From contig NC_092678.1 of NCBI RefSeq assembly GCF_964355755.1, positions 8,944,422 through 9,008,421 of the forward strand: 64,000 nucleotides of DNA. The letters are read 5' to 3'. The position numbers and the translations under genes are program-made. Shown piece after piece: positions 1-10,780 of the stretch (positions within the stretch are counted from its first letter, which is position 1; each line of letters opens with the position of its first letter). This stretch comes from Antedon mediterranea. Its lineage: Eukaryota > Animalia > Echinodermata. The notes beneath the pieces are model-generated. The model had not been told where the DNA came from. It made no database searches and saw only the letters and a list, made by a program, of their open reading frames with translations.

Positions 1-261
1 CGAATTCTCACAGTACTTGTAGAACTTAAAACGGAGTTGGAAAATAATGATTTGGCATTAACCGTTTTACAAGACATTAGGTCAAATCTGATAAACACAG
101 AGGTTTTTTTACTCAGTCGCTTGGGGGATCGACAAACTTGTATGGGATTGTGTTTATCTTTGCTGAGACATAGATGGGTAGATCATAAATTGCAATTTCT
201 TCATCAAAATCTTGATAGCTGTTTACTTAATATTCTCGTAATTCAATCACAAGCAAACAAA
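1..261 (+). CDS. Penultimate coding exon (5' truncated by window) of an unidentified Leu-rich helical protein
   Basis: Frame open from base 1 (RILTVLVELKTELENND...IQSQANK) to a consensus donor AAA|gtaagt at 262; phase 0 matches the exon at 918. Confidence 0.55.
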
Positions 262-917
262 GTAAGTTTTAATTTAAATAGAGCATGGATTAATGAATTC
301 ATTAATCCATGCTTTTAGGTATGGGTTAGTTATAGTGACTGAAATGTATAAATCTAGAAATTGAAATAAACTAAAAGAAATCAAAAGCAAAATACACAAT
401 GTACCGGAATAGTCTCAGTTAAACCTAACTAACAAATAAATAATAAGTTTTAATACGTTATTTTCTAATAGAAATGAATGCACTGGACATCTAGACACAT
501 GTTTTTGTCATGCTGTGTACTGTGCTTTATTTTATAGAATGTTCTAATTCGGTGTATAGAAGACGCAATACACAAACGAAATATACCTGAAAATAGGGAC
601 ATGTTCACACAAACAGGTTAGTACTGTATGTTAGCTTTGATCTAGAAATATGTAGGTCTATTGCGAGTATTTAATGAGGATCTATCTAAGCTTTGTGTTG
701 TTATTATATAAGCTTATTGAATCTGAAATTAAATGAAGGAAAGGAAAGATAATTCACACAGCTATGCAAATTATTTCACTTTGATCTGTCATGATAAATA
801 TAATCTGATACCGAAATCGGTCCGATGATAAGGCCTACTAATCGGTATATACGATTTGGGAATCCAAAATTTGTATCGAACATAACGCTTTAACGGTCTA
901 AATTTGTTTTCTGGCAG

Positions 918-965
918 ATACATCTGATCCTACGCCAACTGACAACGCATGAACGACATTCTTAA
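918..965 (+). CDS. Terminal coding exon of the same unidentified gene (IHLILRQLTTHERHS*)
   Basis: Acceptor tttgttttctggcag| at 917, phase 0, continues the amphipathic helix to TAA at 963-965. Confidence 0.5.
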   Translation: MHLILRQLTTHERHS

Positions 966-1558
966 ATGGAAAAGAAGAAGATAAAGTAGTATTATTGAGT
1001 TAGGAATTATAATAACAATAACAATTGTTATTAGCATAATATTTACGAATGCTATCATTTGTAAATATTATCAGCCTAAAATTGGTTTGAAAGGTATATC
1101 ATTCCCTGTTTAACGATACCGACTAGTCATGGCTGTAGGCCTATGACACTGTCGAGTATTTTCGTGAAACTGTAGAGTCTAGACAGACTCTTGTTGTTAT
1201 TTGTTTTCAAGAAACATAACTATGTAATGATGAGCTTTATTTCTTGAAAACTTTGCATAATGATTTTAATTGTTATCCCACGTCTTCTATTGATACATCA
1301 AATCGTGCCCGTTATTCGAGTCGAGCGGTCTCAATCAATAGTAAAGATTGCTTTTAATAACAGTTTAATATGTATCATTAGTTTATTCCTGCCTTTCAGA
1401 AGCTACAATCAAAAGTAATTTAATATTATACACAGCGTTTCGTAATTAATAATTAATTTAAGGAAATGAAATTGCATTTATATAGTCTTTTAATATGATT
1501 CCCAACGTTGAAACATTTTAAAATTTTGGGTTTTCAACTGATCCCGACTTATGTAGGC

Positions 1559-1580
1559 CCATGGAGAAATGTCTCCATGG
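1559..1580. mobile_element. 22-bp palindromic micro-insertion CCATGGAGA-aatg-TCTCCATGG
   Basis: 9-bp inverted ends, flanked by taggc/caggc (near 5-bp TSD); same ends at 62940. Confidence 0.45.
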
Positions 1581-2040
1581 CAGGCCTCGGAATTACCTGA
1601 GATTGTCATTTTGATGAATAAATAGAAATAACATCCATGAGTTGTGTATCTACTTTGGTTTGTGTTACGAATGCAAATATTAATTTTCTAAATAGCAAAA
1701 TAATACTGTATCTCAGTCTAACCAGGAGTACATGGAAACCCTGTATATAATAATGAGCATATTATATTATATAACACATTAGGAATTGTAAACAGGGCAA
1801 ACTTATATAAACGTGGATTCTTACAATTACGCCATTAAGTCATAATAGTGATTATTTTCTTCTAATAAACTGAACTAAACTACTGTATAACATCTAAATA
1901 ATCCGTATACTTTGAAACCTTCAGTGCATGTATAGGCACACTGAAAGCCTACGTATAGGCCTACTATGATTTATAAACAAAAGTGTCATCCTAAGTTTTG
2001 AATCCTTGAAAATAATGTAGGCCTACGGTAAATATTTAGA

Positions 2041-2280
2041 TCAGTTAACTTCAACGCGTGTCCACCCTGATTCATCTGGTTTATATACAATGTTATCATA
2101 AGCGTATACGTTTTTAATTTCATCATTTTTATCATCATCTGGTTTCTTTATACTACTCTGAATTTCTGTTAGTTCTGTAACCAACGTTTCAAGCTTTTGT
2201 TTCTGTCGTTCTTCTTTTCTTCTTTCTTTAAGTTCTTTTGCTTCGAAGTCAAACTTGTTTGTTGTGACAATGGCCCAACG
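2041..2280 (-). CDS. SLC6A1: SLC6 exon 11 (cytoplasmic C-terminus, stop)
   Basis: Acceptor ttgcag| at 2281, RWAIVTT...TRVEVN then TGA. Confidence 0.85.
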   Translation of the reverse strand, partial: RWAIVTTNKFDFEAKELKERRKEERQKQKLETLVTELTEIQSSIKKPDDDKNDEIKNVYAYDNIVYKPDESGWTRVEVN

Positions 2281-5200
2281 CTGCAAGTAATACATTTAAG
2301 TGATTAGTAGGCTAACAATTAAATTGATAAGTTCCGAACCCAAAATATCATAATAAAATATTATAAATCTAGATATAACAAATATTATGTAAATTGAAGC
2401 ATGGATTTTATCAATGATTAATCACACTACAACAATAAAAAATACTATACAACACATTATCATAAAAAATAATACATCTATCAAATTCAACAGTGTATTA
2501 AAACACATCACACCACGCATCATAGAAAAACACACACAACATATTTACAGTTGTATATTATTTTAAGAAACAAAAATCAAAATTACCAATTTTAAATAAG
2601 CCAAAATCCATATATATTTGTTTAAATATTTAGCGCTCAGTTAAGTTTTAAAACGGATATTGCTTTACTTCATAGAAAAACACACACAACATATTTACAG
2701 TTGTATATTATTTTAAGAAACAAAAATCAAAATTACCAATTTTAAATAAGCCAAAATCCATATATATTTGTTTAAATATTTAGCGCTCAGTTAAGTTTTA
2801 AAACGGATATTGCTTTACTTCATAGGCTATAATAATCTTGTCTTCATTAGGCCTATGTTAAATTAAAATAATTTAGAAACGACAGCGTAATAAATTAAAG
2901 TAACCAAAAAAATCAAGCCCGTCGTTGGATCTAACGATTTATTAAAGTTCCAAACACACATTTTTCGAATATCATAATTGAAAAATAAATAGTTACCAAG
3001 TTAAAAAAAATTATGATACAATTATTGTTCAATTTAATTACAGTTAATGTTTGTAACATACACAATAAGTTACAAAATCAAGTAAAGCATTAAGTTAATA
3101 TTATCTTTGATGTCGATCTAATTTTATTGAATTGTTTGTATCTATGTTTTACCTCAGACCAAGATCCTCGTGTCGTGAGTAATATGTATACGGCATAAGT
3201 GATGATCCAATGCATTGATGCTAGTGCCATAAACCAGCCTAAGATTTCGCCCCACACTGGATAGTAGTAGTTTTCTCCATATGTGGCGTGTTGGTAGTCA
3301 ACAAGAGCAAACACGAATATACCCTGAAATTACAATTTGTGTTATACTTATGTTCAATTTATTCTTTTAAAAATGTGTTTACCGTATACTTTGGCGTGTG
3401 GGTTTGGCATTTTTGCTAGCTGTTAACCTTCCCGTTAAAAATAAAATACCGTATAGGCCTAATGACAATATTTACGGTAATATTTTGAAACTTACTAAAC
3501 TAACAAATGGAGCCGTAACAGCCCAGCAGAATGGCCAGAAAAGTCCAGGAGAAAATCCTATCATAGTGCAGACAGCATGGAAGTATGTTTTTATTCCAAG
3601 ACCATATGATACAGCTACACATTCCCACATTGCTACCCACAGTAAGCACATTCCACTGACACCGTAGGAATTCATCAATTCAAAGAAGTACATACCGCCC
3701 TTTAACCAGAAGAGATAACATACAATTATTGAATTATTTATTTTCTAATCAAGTATACAGCGTAAAACCTCGAAAAGAAGCCCATGGACTAAAGGGGATG
3801 GGGGCTTCGTTTCGAAACAACTGTTGTAAATCTTTTTGCTACTACAAAATAGGATTTTCAAGACATTGTCTGCCAATTTTACATAATTATAATGTCATCA
3901 AAATACCATTTTAAATTGTAAAATAAATGTTTGATAAACTCGATAATATACATTATATCTGCATCACGAGTTATCTGGCATTATATCACCTTGTTCCTTC
4001 TTTAATATTCAAATAGTCTATCTTGAAAAAACGGGTTTCTTTTCGAGGTTTTACCGTATAACGTATTCTAAACTGTATTAATCCATCATCAAATAATTGT
4101 AATTATTATTGTGCATGATACTAAGTTGAAAAATATCAGGAACTTAGAGTTAGTTTGAAAGGTGTATATTATGGACAATGGGTTAAAATGATAATAATAT
4201 ATTTACCTCTGTAACACAAACTAACCCAAGAAGAAAATCTATGATGCAAGTTACCAGCAAAAACAGTGACCTGTTTTCTCTAAGTTTATATTCAGGCCAA
4301 TAATCCATTGTCGATGTTACAAAACCTTCAACAACACAGAACTGTAAAGTATATACACAAAAGTTATACAATGCAAAATAGTCTTTAATTTTAAATCCAT
4401 AATAAATAATAGATTTAAAGTTAACAAGAAATAAAAACATGAGTTATTATTTAACAAAGGCAGGAGCCTGTGTTGCAATGAAACAGGAACCAACATAACT
4501 AAAACGAAGGAACTGTGAAAGCTGACATTATGAATTATTATGAAATAGTAATTATATAAATGATTAGATTAAAACAATTACATTGCATATTGAAGCAACA
4601 AACATTTAGTAAACACTTTGAATTTTCTTTAACGATTTAGCAAGTTTGGCATAGTTGGGCAGAGAGCATTCCGAACATTTGGAAATGAGGAAAAAGTAGT
4701 TTGACTGTTGTTTGATTGGAATTAAGATATTACTGTATGTTTATTTCTAGCCTGGGTATTGTAATTATAGTTACGATGAATAGGCTGTAAAAAAAGTGAT
4801 TAAGTGCATATTGTAGCTTGATGTTTCTACGACAGAAACAACGTAAACCAAATCACAACAATTTGCCTTTAATGCTAAAAACGGTATGCTTGTCTATAGA
4901 TAATATCGACATCACTGCGTATAATCGGAAAATCAGTAATGATTTCTTTACAGTAACAATAGGCTTAAATAGTTATAAAATAGTTATAATACAAACCTGA
5001 CTATCCAAACCAAGCATTATCAGCATTAGGAAAAATACAACTGACCACAGTTGAGGAACGAGAGGCATTTGGTACACGGCCGTTGGATACGCAATAAAAG
5101 TAAGACCGGGGCCTAACAAAACAAGGCAATCAACTTTTTTTTAATACGTAAGAAAAATATTGTTATATTTTACAAAACGTTTCATTTTTTTTAATGGATG

Positions 5201-8200
5201 TTAGAAAGGCAGTGTGATTCCTTGTTATTTTACCTTTATAATTGATACCATAAACACTTAGGCCTATTACAACAAAATTATTTACTTGAAAAAAACTGTA
5301 CATTAAATTTTTTTTTTGTAAAATGCCAATGGGTTTTTGGTAGAATAACCGTCGTTTGTATTGTCTTTTTACAAGTGAGATCATTTTTTTTCTGCTGAAG
5401 TGATTAACTTTATTACAACTACAAAATGGCCTATTCAAAATCTGATTTTATTAATCTTAATTGTTCATGTTTTAGGGGGACAATACATATATATATATCA
5501 TTTTCATAGACAAATAATCCCCCAAAAGTCTGGTAATATTAAAACTTCATCATTGGTTTATATCCTACCCTCTGATACAACTTCAGAAACCGGAACTCCA
5601 AGTTCATTTGCCATAAAGCCTAGAATTGAAAAGATAACAAATCCGGCAAAAAGACTGGTTCCTGCATTAACCGTTCCCACAACAAGAGTATCACTGTAAG
5701 ATAAGTCACGTAGTATCCTTTTACAGTTAACTCTTTTAATAAGTTAAAAAAACATCGATAAAAATTATTGAATTTATTAAATTTACTAGCAAAAACCAGA
5801 TTGCACGCTCTCTATCTAATGTGTTGGACGACGATACTAAGGTGATAGCTGTTAATGATTTAAATGGTTTAGCCAGAAATTATTTCTGCCAAAACTTAAA
5901 CCACCTCCTCTAACTAATTAATGCCGACATAAACAGGGAAGCTATTTTTTTTGTAAAATGATCCAAATTATAGTAATTCATAACAAAAACGTTTTAAGGG
6001 TGACATGCTTACATTAAACTGTTGTTGCGGTATGGGTTATAGCTTCCAAGTGCGATCAAAGATCCGATACCTATACCGTAGGAAAAGAAGATTTGAGTAG
6101 CTGCATCGATCCAAACGGTTGGAGTTTTTAGACGTTCCCAATCTGGCGTAATGTAATAATCAATACCCTGTTGATGCCCTTCTAATGTCAACCCACGTAT
6201 AAGCAATGCTGTCAGAATACCATACGGAATTAATGCTGTGAACCACATAATCTGAAACGACAGTAACCATTGAGAAAATGATGAAAACTGAAATCTCAAT
6301 ATGGAATATGTGAACATTAAACATAATCAAGATACATTTAAAATAATTTGTGTGAAGGCTAATTTCAATACAAACTTTATACCTTTCCTGTTTGTTTAAC
6401 TCCTTTCCATAAACATGCATATGTCAGAATCCAGGCTAATAGAAGACATCCGACAAGTTCCCACTGGAGACTTCCGATCTCATCAATTCCAGAACTAATC
6501 TTCAAAACTCGTTTTCTGTATTACAACAATAAGAATAACCTCTAACTTCTGATTTAATTATAGGTTTTATGTGGGCATCTTACACTTTCTCATGAGTGCA
6601 TATGCCTCTCCAATTTCTAACAGACCATGTCATTTTAAGGGGTGCCACAAATTCATAAAGATGCATGTCAACTTACTCCCAGTACTGTTGAGCAGGAGAC
6701 TGTCCAAGCTCTACCGGATATAATGTTCCATTCGCTGCACGGAAATACCCTGAGCCACGGGTCTCATTTTGAAGTGATACGTCATTGCAATAAATCGTAT
6801 TCCATTCGTTGGTACACGTGCCCCAAGGAAGTTCACTTTGAAACGAGGCAAAGAGGTAGAAAAACGCCCACGATACAATTACAATGTAGTAAATATTAAG
6901 TATTGCTGAAATTGAAATAGCAGCAAATCCAACACCTACAGTTGAAAAAAAATTAAAAATTTCGTTTTTTTAAATCAAATCTTGACATATCTGACATTGA
7001 AATTTTCTGAACTCTAGCCTATATTAAAAGGATAAATTATTTATTTTATCGTACGTAAATAAAATACGATTTCTACCAAACAAACGTTATAAATAAAACT
7101 CATTCATATTGTTGTACAATATTGTTTTTGGCAGACTTACAATATCAATATGATATATAAATTATGCTTAATTCTGATATAGGCAATATTTCTATCTTAG
7201 GAAGATATTATAAAGCGTTTTAAAACAAAATGTCTTATTTCATCGGTAGATGTTCAACCGTATGCGGTAGAAGTAATTTCCGGGTTCACGTTGAGTCAAT
7301 CACCTTGCAACTTCCTGGTTTCAACTAAGTTGGCCGTTGGTGGCGATACCCATTTGAGTTTTTTATTTACACTACATTAGTTAGCATCAAATTAAATATA
7401 TTCGTAAAGCATCGGAGTATATTGTGGGGTATAGTATATAAAATTACATCGGGGGAACTGATGATAAGACCTTTTGTTTGAAATCGGTGAGTAAGCTGGC
7501 AGGACTATTATAAAACTGTTAGATATCTGCGTCCCTTTAAGACCCTGGAATACTTCTGCCCATGTTGCACGCCGTCTAAAACGTCTTTCGATCCTTGTCG
7601 CGGAATAATGTATTCATTATACCAATTAGAATGGTATTTATTTGAATAAACGCCCAGAACACCTCCCCAATAAAACATCACTTAAAATAATAATCGGTTT
7701 TTATTTAAAAAGATTAATTTAGATTGATTTTATCACTCTTCATTGAACTTTTTATTAGGAATTGAAATGGATACTACAAAAATAAATAATATACTTGTAC
7801 CACGAACTATTAAATATATATACAGTAGAAGGTGATGGGTATCAAATACAAACACGCTAATATTGTTTGATTAGTTCAGCTCAGATTGCAATGATATATT
7901 AAACGGTAGATTACTTATTTTAAACTCACCTTTCAGTAAAGGAAAAATATCCCAGGCACCAATACCGCCTGTCGTTAAAAGTTGTCCCATAGTTACTTCC
8001 ATCATAAACAGAGGAACGCCACATACGACTAACGCCATCATGTACGGAATTAGGAACGCACCTATATAATTTTAAAATAAGGCTACTGTTCTTGAAATAA
8101 AATTTTCCAACATTTAAAGAACAAAATTATCTAAATAAAAGTATACGTACTATGTTTCAATTTTACAAACCTGAAACATCAATGCATCTTTCTACCATTT

Positions 8201-10197
8201 CTTCACATTAAAATATTGGAATCAACCTCCAATTAAACTGACACCACCTAATTATTATTTTGACGTGGTAAGCGGCCATCTCTCTTAAATGACCACTATG
8301 ATCCCTTACGAGAGGTGGTGGTCCTTTAGAAAGAGGGGGTCGGTCGGTGATAACCTTTCCCTTATGAGGATATATTCGCTTACGAGTCGCTAACGATTCG
8401 CTTACGGAGTCATTTAAGAGAGACGGCCGCTTACCAGAGTCAGTCAATTATGAGAAGCGGTCCCTTAGCAGAGGTGGTGGTCAATTATAAAACGCGGTCC
8501 CTAACGAGAGGTGGTCGTTTAAAGATGTATTGTCCCTTTGACTAATTCCAAAAAAATAAAAAATAAAAGATTTTGGAAAAAGGTGGCTCATTTTGAAGTA
8601 TCATAATAATTATTTACTATCGCCAAAAATTTTTCGAAAAAAAAATCATTTAACTGAAATACAGACGTTTTTTTGTTAAAAAAATAACTTTGACTTCCAG
8701 TCAAAGTTTTCGATCAAAACATATCCCCTAATGAAACGCGCTTGTTTGGCTACTCTGTATGCATAATCATAAAACTTCTTATTATGATCTGTGTGAAAAT
8801 ACCTTCTCAACCGTGACGAGTTGTAAACAATCCTAATTAGCATATGCATAATGCATACTCATGGTTTGAAATCTTTGTTTACTTTCGCTCGCGACGATTT
8901 TCCATATGAAATGTAATCAAACTAATTTACCTGTTAATTACGTAAACTTCTTGTTTTTGGCTCGAATTTTCGACTTAAAGTGAATAACTTTAATATTACT
9001 TTGATATGGCCACTTTAAATTTAGAATATTTTGACCTTCATTTTTTTGTGTTTCAAGGGACAATACATCTTTAAGAAAGGTGGTCGATAATGAGAAGCTG
9101 TTCCTTAAGAGAGACATAACACATTGCAGGATAAACAGACAAACGTTGTGAGTATATTAGAGGTAGTGGTTGTTGAGAGGTGGTCGATTATGAAAGGTGG
9201 TCGATTATAACCTTCCCTTTCCCTGAGAGGATATGGTCACTTACGAGAGGTGGTCGATTGTAAGACGCGGTCCCTTACGAGAGGTGGTCGATTGTAAGAC
9301 GCGGTCCCTTACGAGAGGTGGTCTATTATGTCAAGAAACGGTCCCATAAGAGGTGGTCACTTACGAGATGGCTGTTTTTAAAAGTCGATCGTTTTACGAA
9401 AGGTGGATACTGATAGCTATAGTATAAGTAAAGAGATGCATTTGCACAAATGTAAGCGTAATGTCTGTAAAAACCACAGGATTAAAACTGAACTGAAAGT
9501 CCAAGATTTCCAACTTACAAGAAATTTTCCACCAAAAAATACAGAATATTTTCTAAATTCAAACATATCTCAACATTTTCTACTGTTGTTACGTTAGTGG
9601 TTACACTTTGTTACGTTAGTGATTGATTTTTTTTACGTTAGTGGTTAATGTTACATTCGTGGTTGATTTTGGTTGCATTAGTCACGTCACTGTCACGTTA
9701 ATGGGTGATACAGACGCAACGCAAGGATAACACAACATAAGTGATTTGACCAATTACAATTGATGGATTATTCGAACAGTGGCTTGTCATTGGCCAACTC
9801 GCTTGCGTTGCGCGTACGTCTTTGTGTTGCGTCTCTAGTGGAAACCACGCTTTAGTGGGTTATACATGGCCTACCCAATCGTCAACAACATTGAAATGTA
9901 CAGTACTGTATATTGAAGTAGCAAATACAATAACATACCGCCTCCGTTTTTGTAGACTAGGTAAGGGAACCGCCAAACATTACCAAGACCAACTGCATAT
10001 CCAATACAAGTTATGATAAAGTCCATTTTACTCCCCCATCCTTCTCTTTCCTCTTCTTCATCTTCGTCTTCATAATATTCATCCTTCGTTTTATCGTCTG
10101 TTGAATTATTACCTTTCAAATTATTTTCCATGGGAAACTCTGACATAACAATTCCGTTTGTTGATTCGTCATGCTTTGATGGAGCTATCGAAAGCAT
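2041..10197 (-). CDS. SLC6A1: Sodium- and chloride-dependent GABA transporter 1-like (SLC6), 11 coding exons, 670 aa (gene span)
   Basis: Exons 10197-9939, 8061-7930, 6935-6677, 6515-6383, 6251-6013, 5693-5569, 5112-4997, 4341-4207, 3699-3496, 3323-3153, 2280-2041 all have GT-AG boundaries and sum to 2013 nt in frame. Motifs [63 protein letters not shown] are SLC6/GAT1-type. Confidence 0.92.
2521..2820. repeat. Perfect 150-bp tandem duplication in the last SLC6 intron
   Basis: 2521-2670 equals 2671-2820; tcatag microhomology at all three junctions. Confidence 0.95.
3153..3323 (-). CDS. SLC6A1: SLC6 exon 10 (TM12)
   Basis: [10 protein letters not shown]...[22 protein letters not shown]...GSWSE. 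Confidence 0.92.
3496..3699 (-). CDS. SLC6A1: SLC6 exon 9 (TM10-TM11)
   Basis: [35 protein letters not shown]...[15 protein letters not shown]. Confidence 0.92.
3758..4056. mobile_element. Tc1/mariner-pogo-type MITE
   Basis: TIRs cagcgtaaaacctcgaaaagaagccc / gggtttcttttcgaggttttaccg, TA on both sides. Confidence 0.75.
4207..4341 (-). CDS. SLC6A1: SLC6 exon 8 (TM8-TM9)
   Basis: [16 protein letters not shown]...LGLVCVTE. Confidence 0.92.
4997..5112 (-). CDS. SLC6A1: SLC6 exon 7 (EL4-TM8)
   Basis: [38 protein letters not shown]. Confidence 0.92.
5215..5490 (+). mobile_element. Degenerate Kolobok-like MITE fragment (same family as 58900-59247)
   Basis: Colinear similarity to 58900-59247 ending in gggggacaatacat. 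Confidence 0.6.
5569..5693 (-). CDS. SLC6A1: SLC6 exon 6 (TM7)
   Basis: [42 protein letters not shown]. Confidence 0.92.
6013..6251 (-). CDS. SLC6A1: SLC6 exon 5 (TM5-TM6)
   Basis: [10 protein letters not shown]...[27 protein letters not shown]. Confidence 0.93.
6383..6515 (-). CDS. SLC6A1: SLC6 exon 4 (TM4)
   Basis: [43 protein letters not shown]. Confidence 0.92.
6677..6935 (-). CDS. SLC6A1: SLC6 exon 3 (TM3, EL2)
   Basis: [49 protein letters not shown]...SPAQQYW; EL2 Cys pair present. Confidence 0.92.
7930..8061 (-). CDS. SLC6A1: SLC6 exon 2 (TM2)
   Basis: [27 protein letters not shown]...WDIFPLLKG; ag/gtgag boundaries. Confidence 0.92.
8265..9410. repeat. Degenerate minisatellite-type element built of cccttacgagaggtggtc units, split by a Kolobok-like insertion
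   Basis: Many copies of gagaggtggtc at 8300-8520 and 9075-9405. Confidence 0.7.
8523..9070. mobile_element. Non-autonomous Kolobok-like DNA transposon
   Basis: TTAA target duplication (8519-8522, 9071-9074) and TIRs AGATGTATTGTCCCT / AGGGACAATACATCT; AG termini with TTAA TSD fit Kolobok rather than piggyBac (CCC termini). Confidence 0.8.
9711..9853. mobile_element. Partial palindromic MITE (Harbinger-N-like end ctagtggaaaccacgcttta)
   Basis: gacgcaacgcaag / cttgcgttgcg inverted repeats and a TTA-flanked right end. Confidence 0.45.
9939..10197 (-). CDS. SLC6A1: SLC6 transporter exon 1 (N-terminus, TM1)
   Basis: gccATG at 10197; [36 protein letters not shown]; donor G|gtatgt; an acceptor at 10208-10209 implies an upstream non-coding exon. 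Confidence 0.92.
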
Positions 10198-10453
10198 GGC
10201 AGTAAACCTACACTTTTAAAACAATGAAAAGCTTTGAAAAATAAAGGTTTTAATTGAAACTACAGGCTGTCGGGTTATTAAATGGGTGTTGCTTATTCAA
10301 GATACAACGTTCAATGAAAAAACTTGAATTTGACTAATGATTAGAGGTCAACTGATACGGAATTCATTGATTAAATAATGACCTTTAGCGATAGTTAGAT
10401 AAACTGAATCAATAACTTCCGCAATATAGTTTTCTAGAGTAGAAAACCACGCA

Positions 10454-10780
10454 TTTTTTTTTTTTTTTTTAATGTCTTTAGGCACTGTGGCCAAGGATTA
10501 CCAATAGTGAATTAATCACTGTCCTATCAGATAGGTGGTAATCCCCCCGATACAGAGGCTATTGTGTGAACCAGTTCACCGGGGTAACCCCCTACTCTTT
10601 TTCGAATAATGAACTGGGTTCTTTAAAGTACACACAGGTTATAACTGTGTACACTGGACCTACGGTTTATAGTCCTTATCCGAGAAGACTTGTTCCACCA
10701 CCAGAACTAGGAGCCAGTCGGCCTCGAACCCTTGCCGATGTTGTTGTTGACTACAAATGCTCTAATTTGGGAGATTACAC
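10454..10780 (-). mobile_element. tRNA-derived SINE with Nin/Deu-type central domain and poly(A) tail
   Basis: B-box GGTTCGAGGCC (10720-10730); core CTTCTCGGATAAGGACTATAAACCGTAGGTCC...AAAGAACCC...AAGAGTAGGGGGTTACCCCGGTG resembles the AmnSINE1/Nin domain; A17 tail. Confidence 0.75.
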
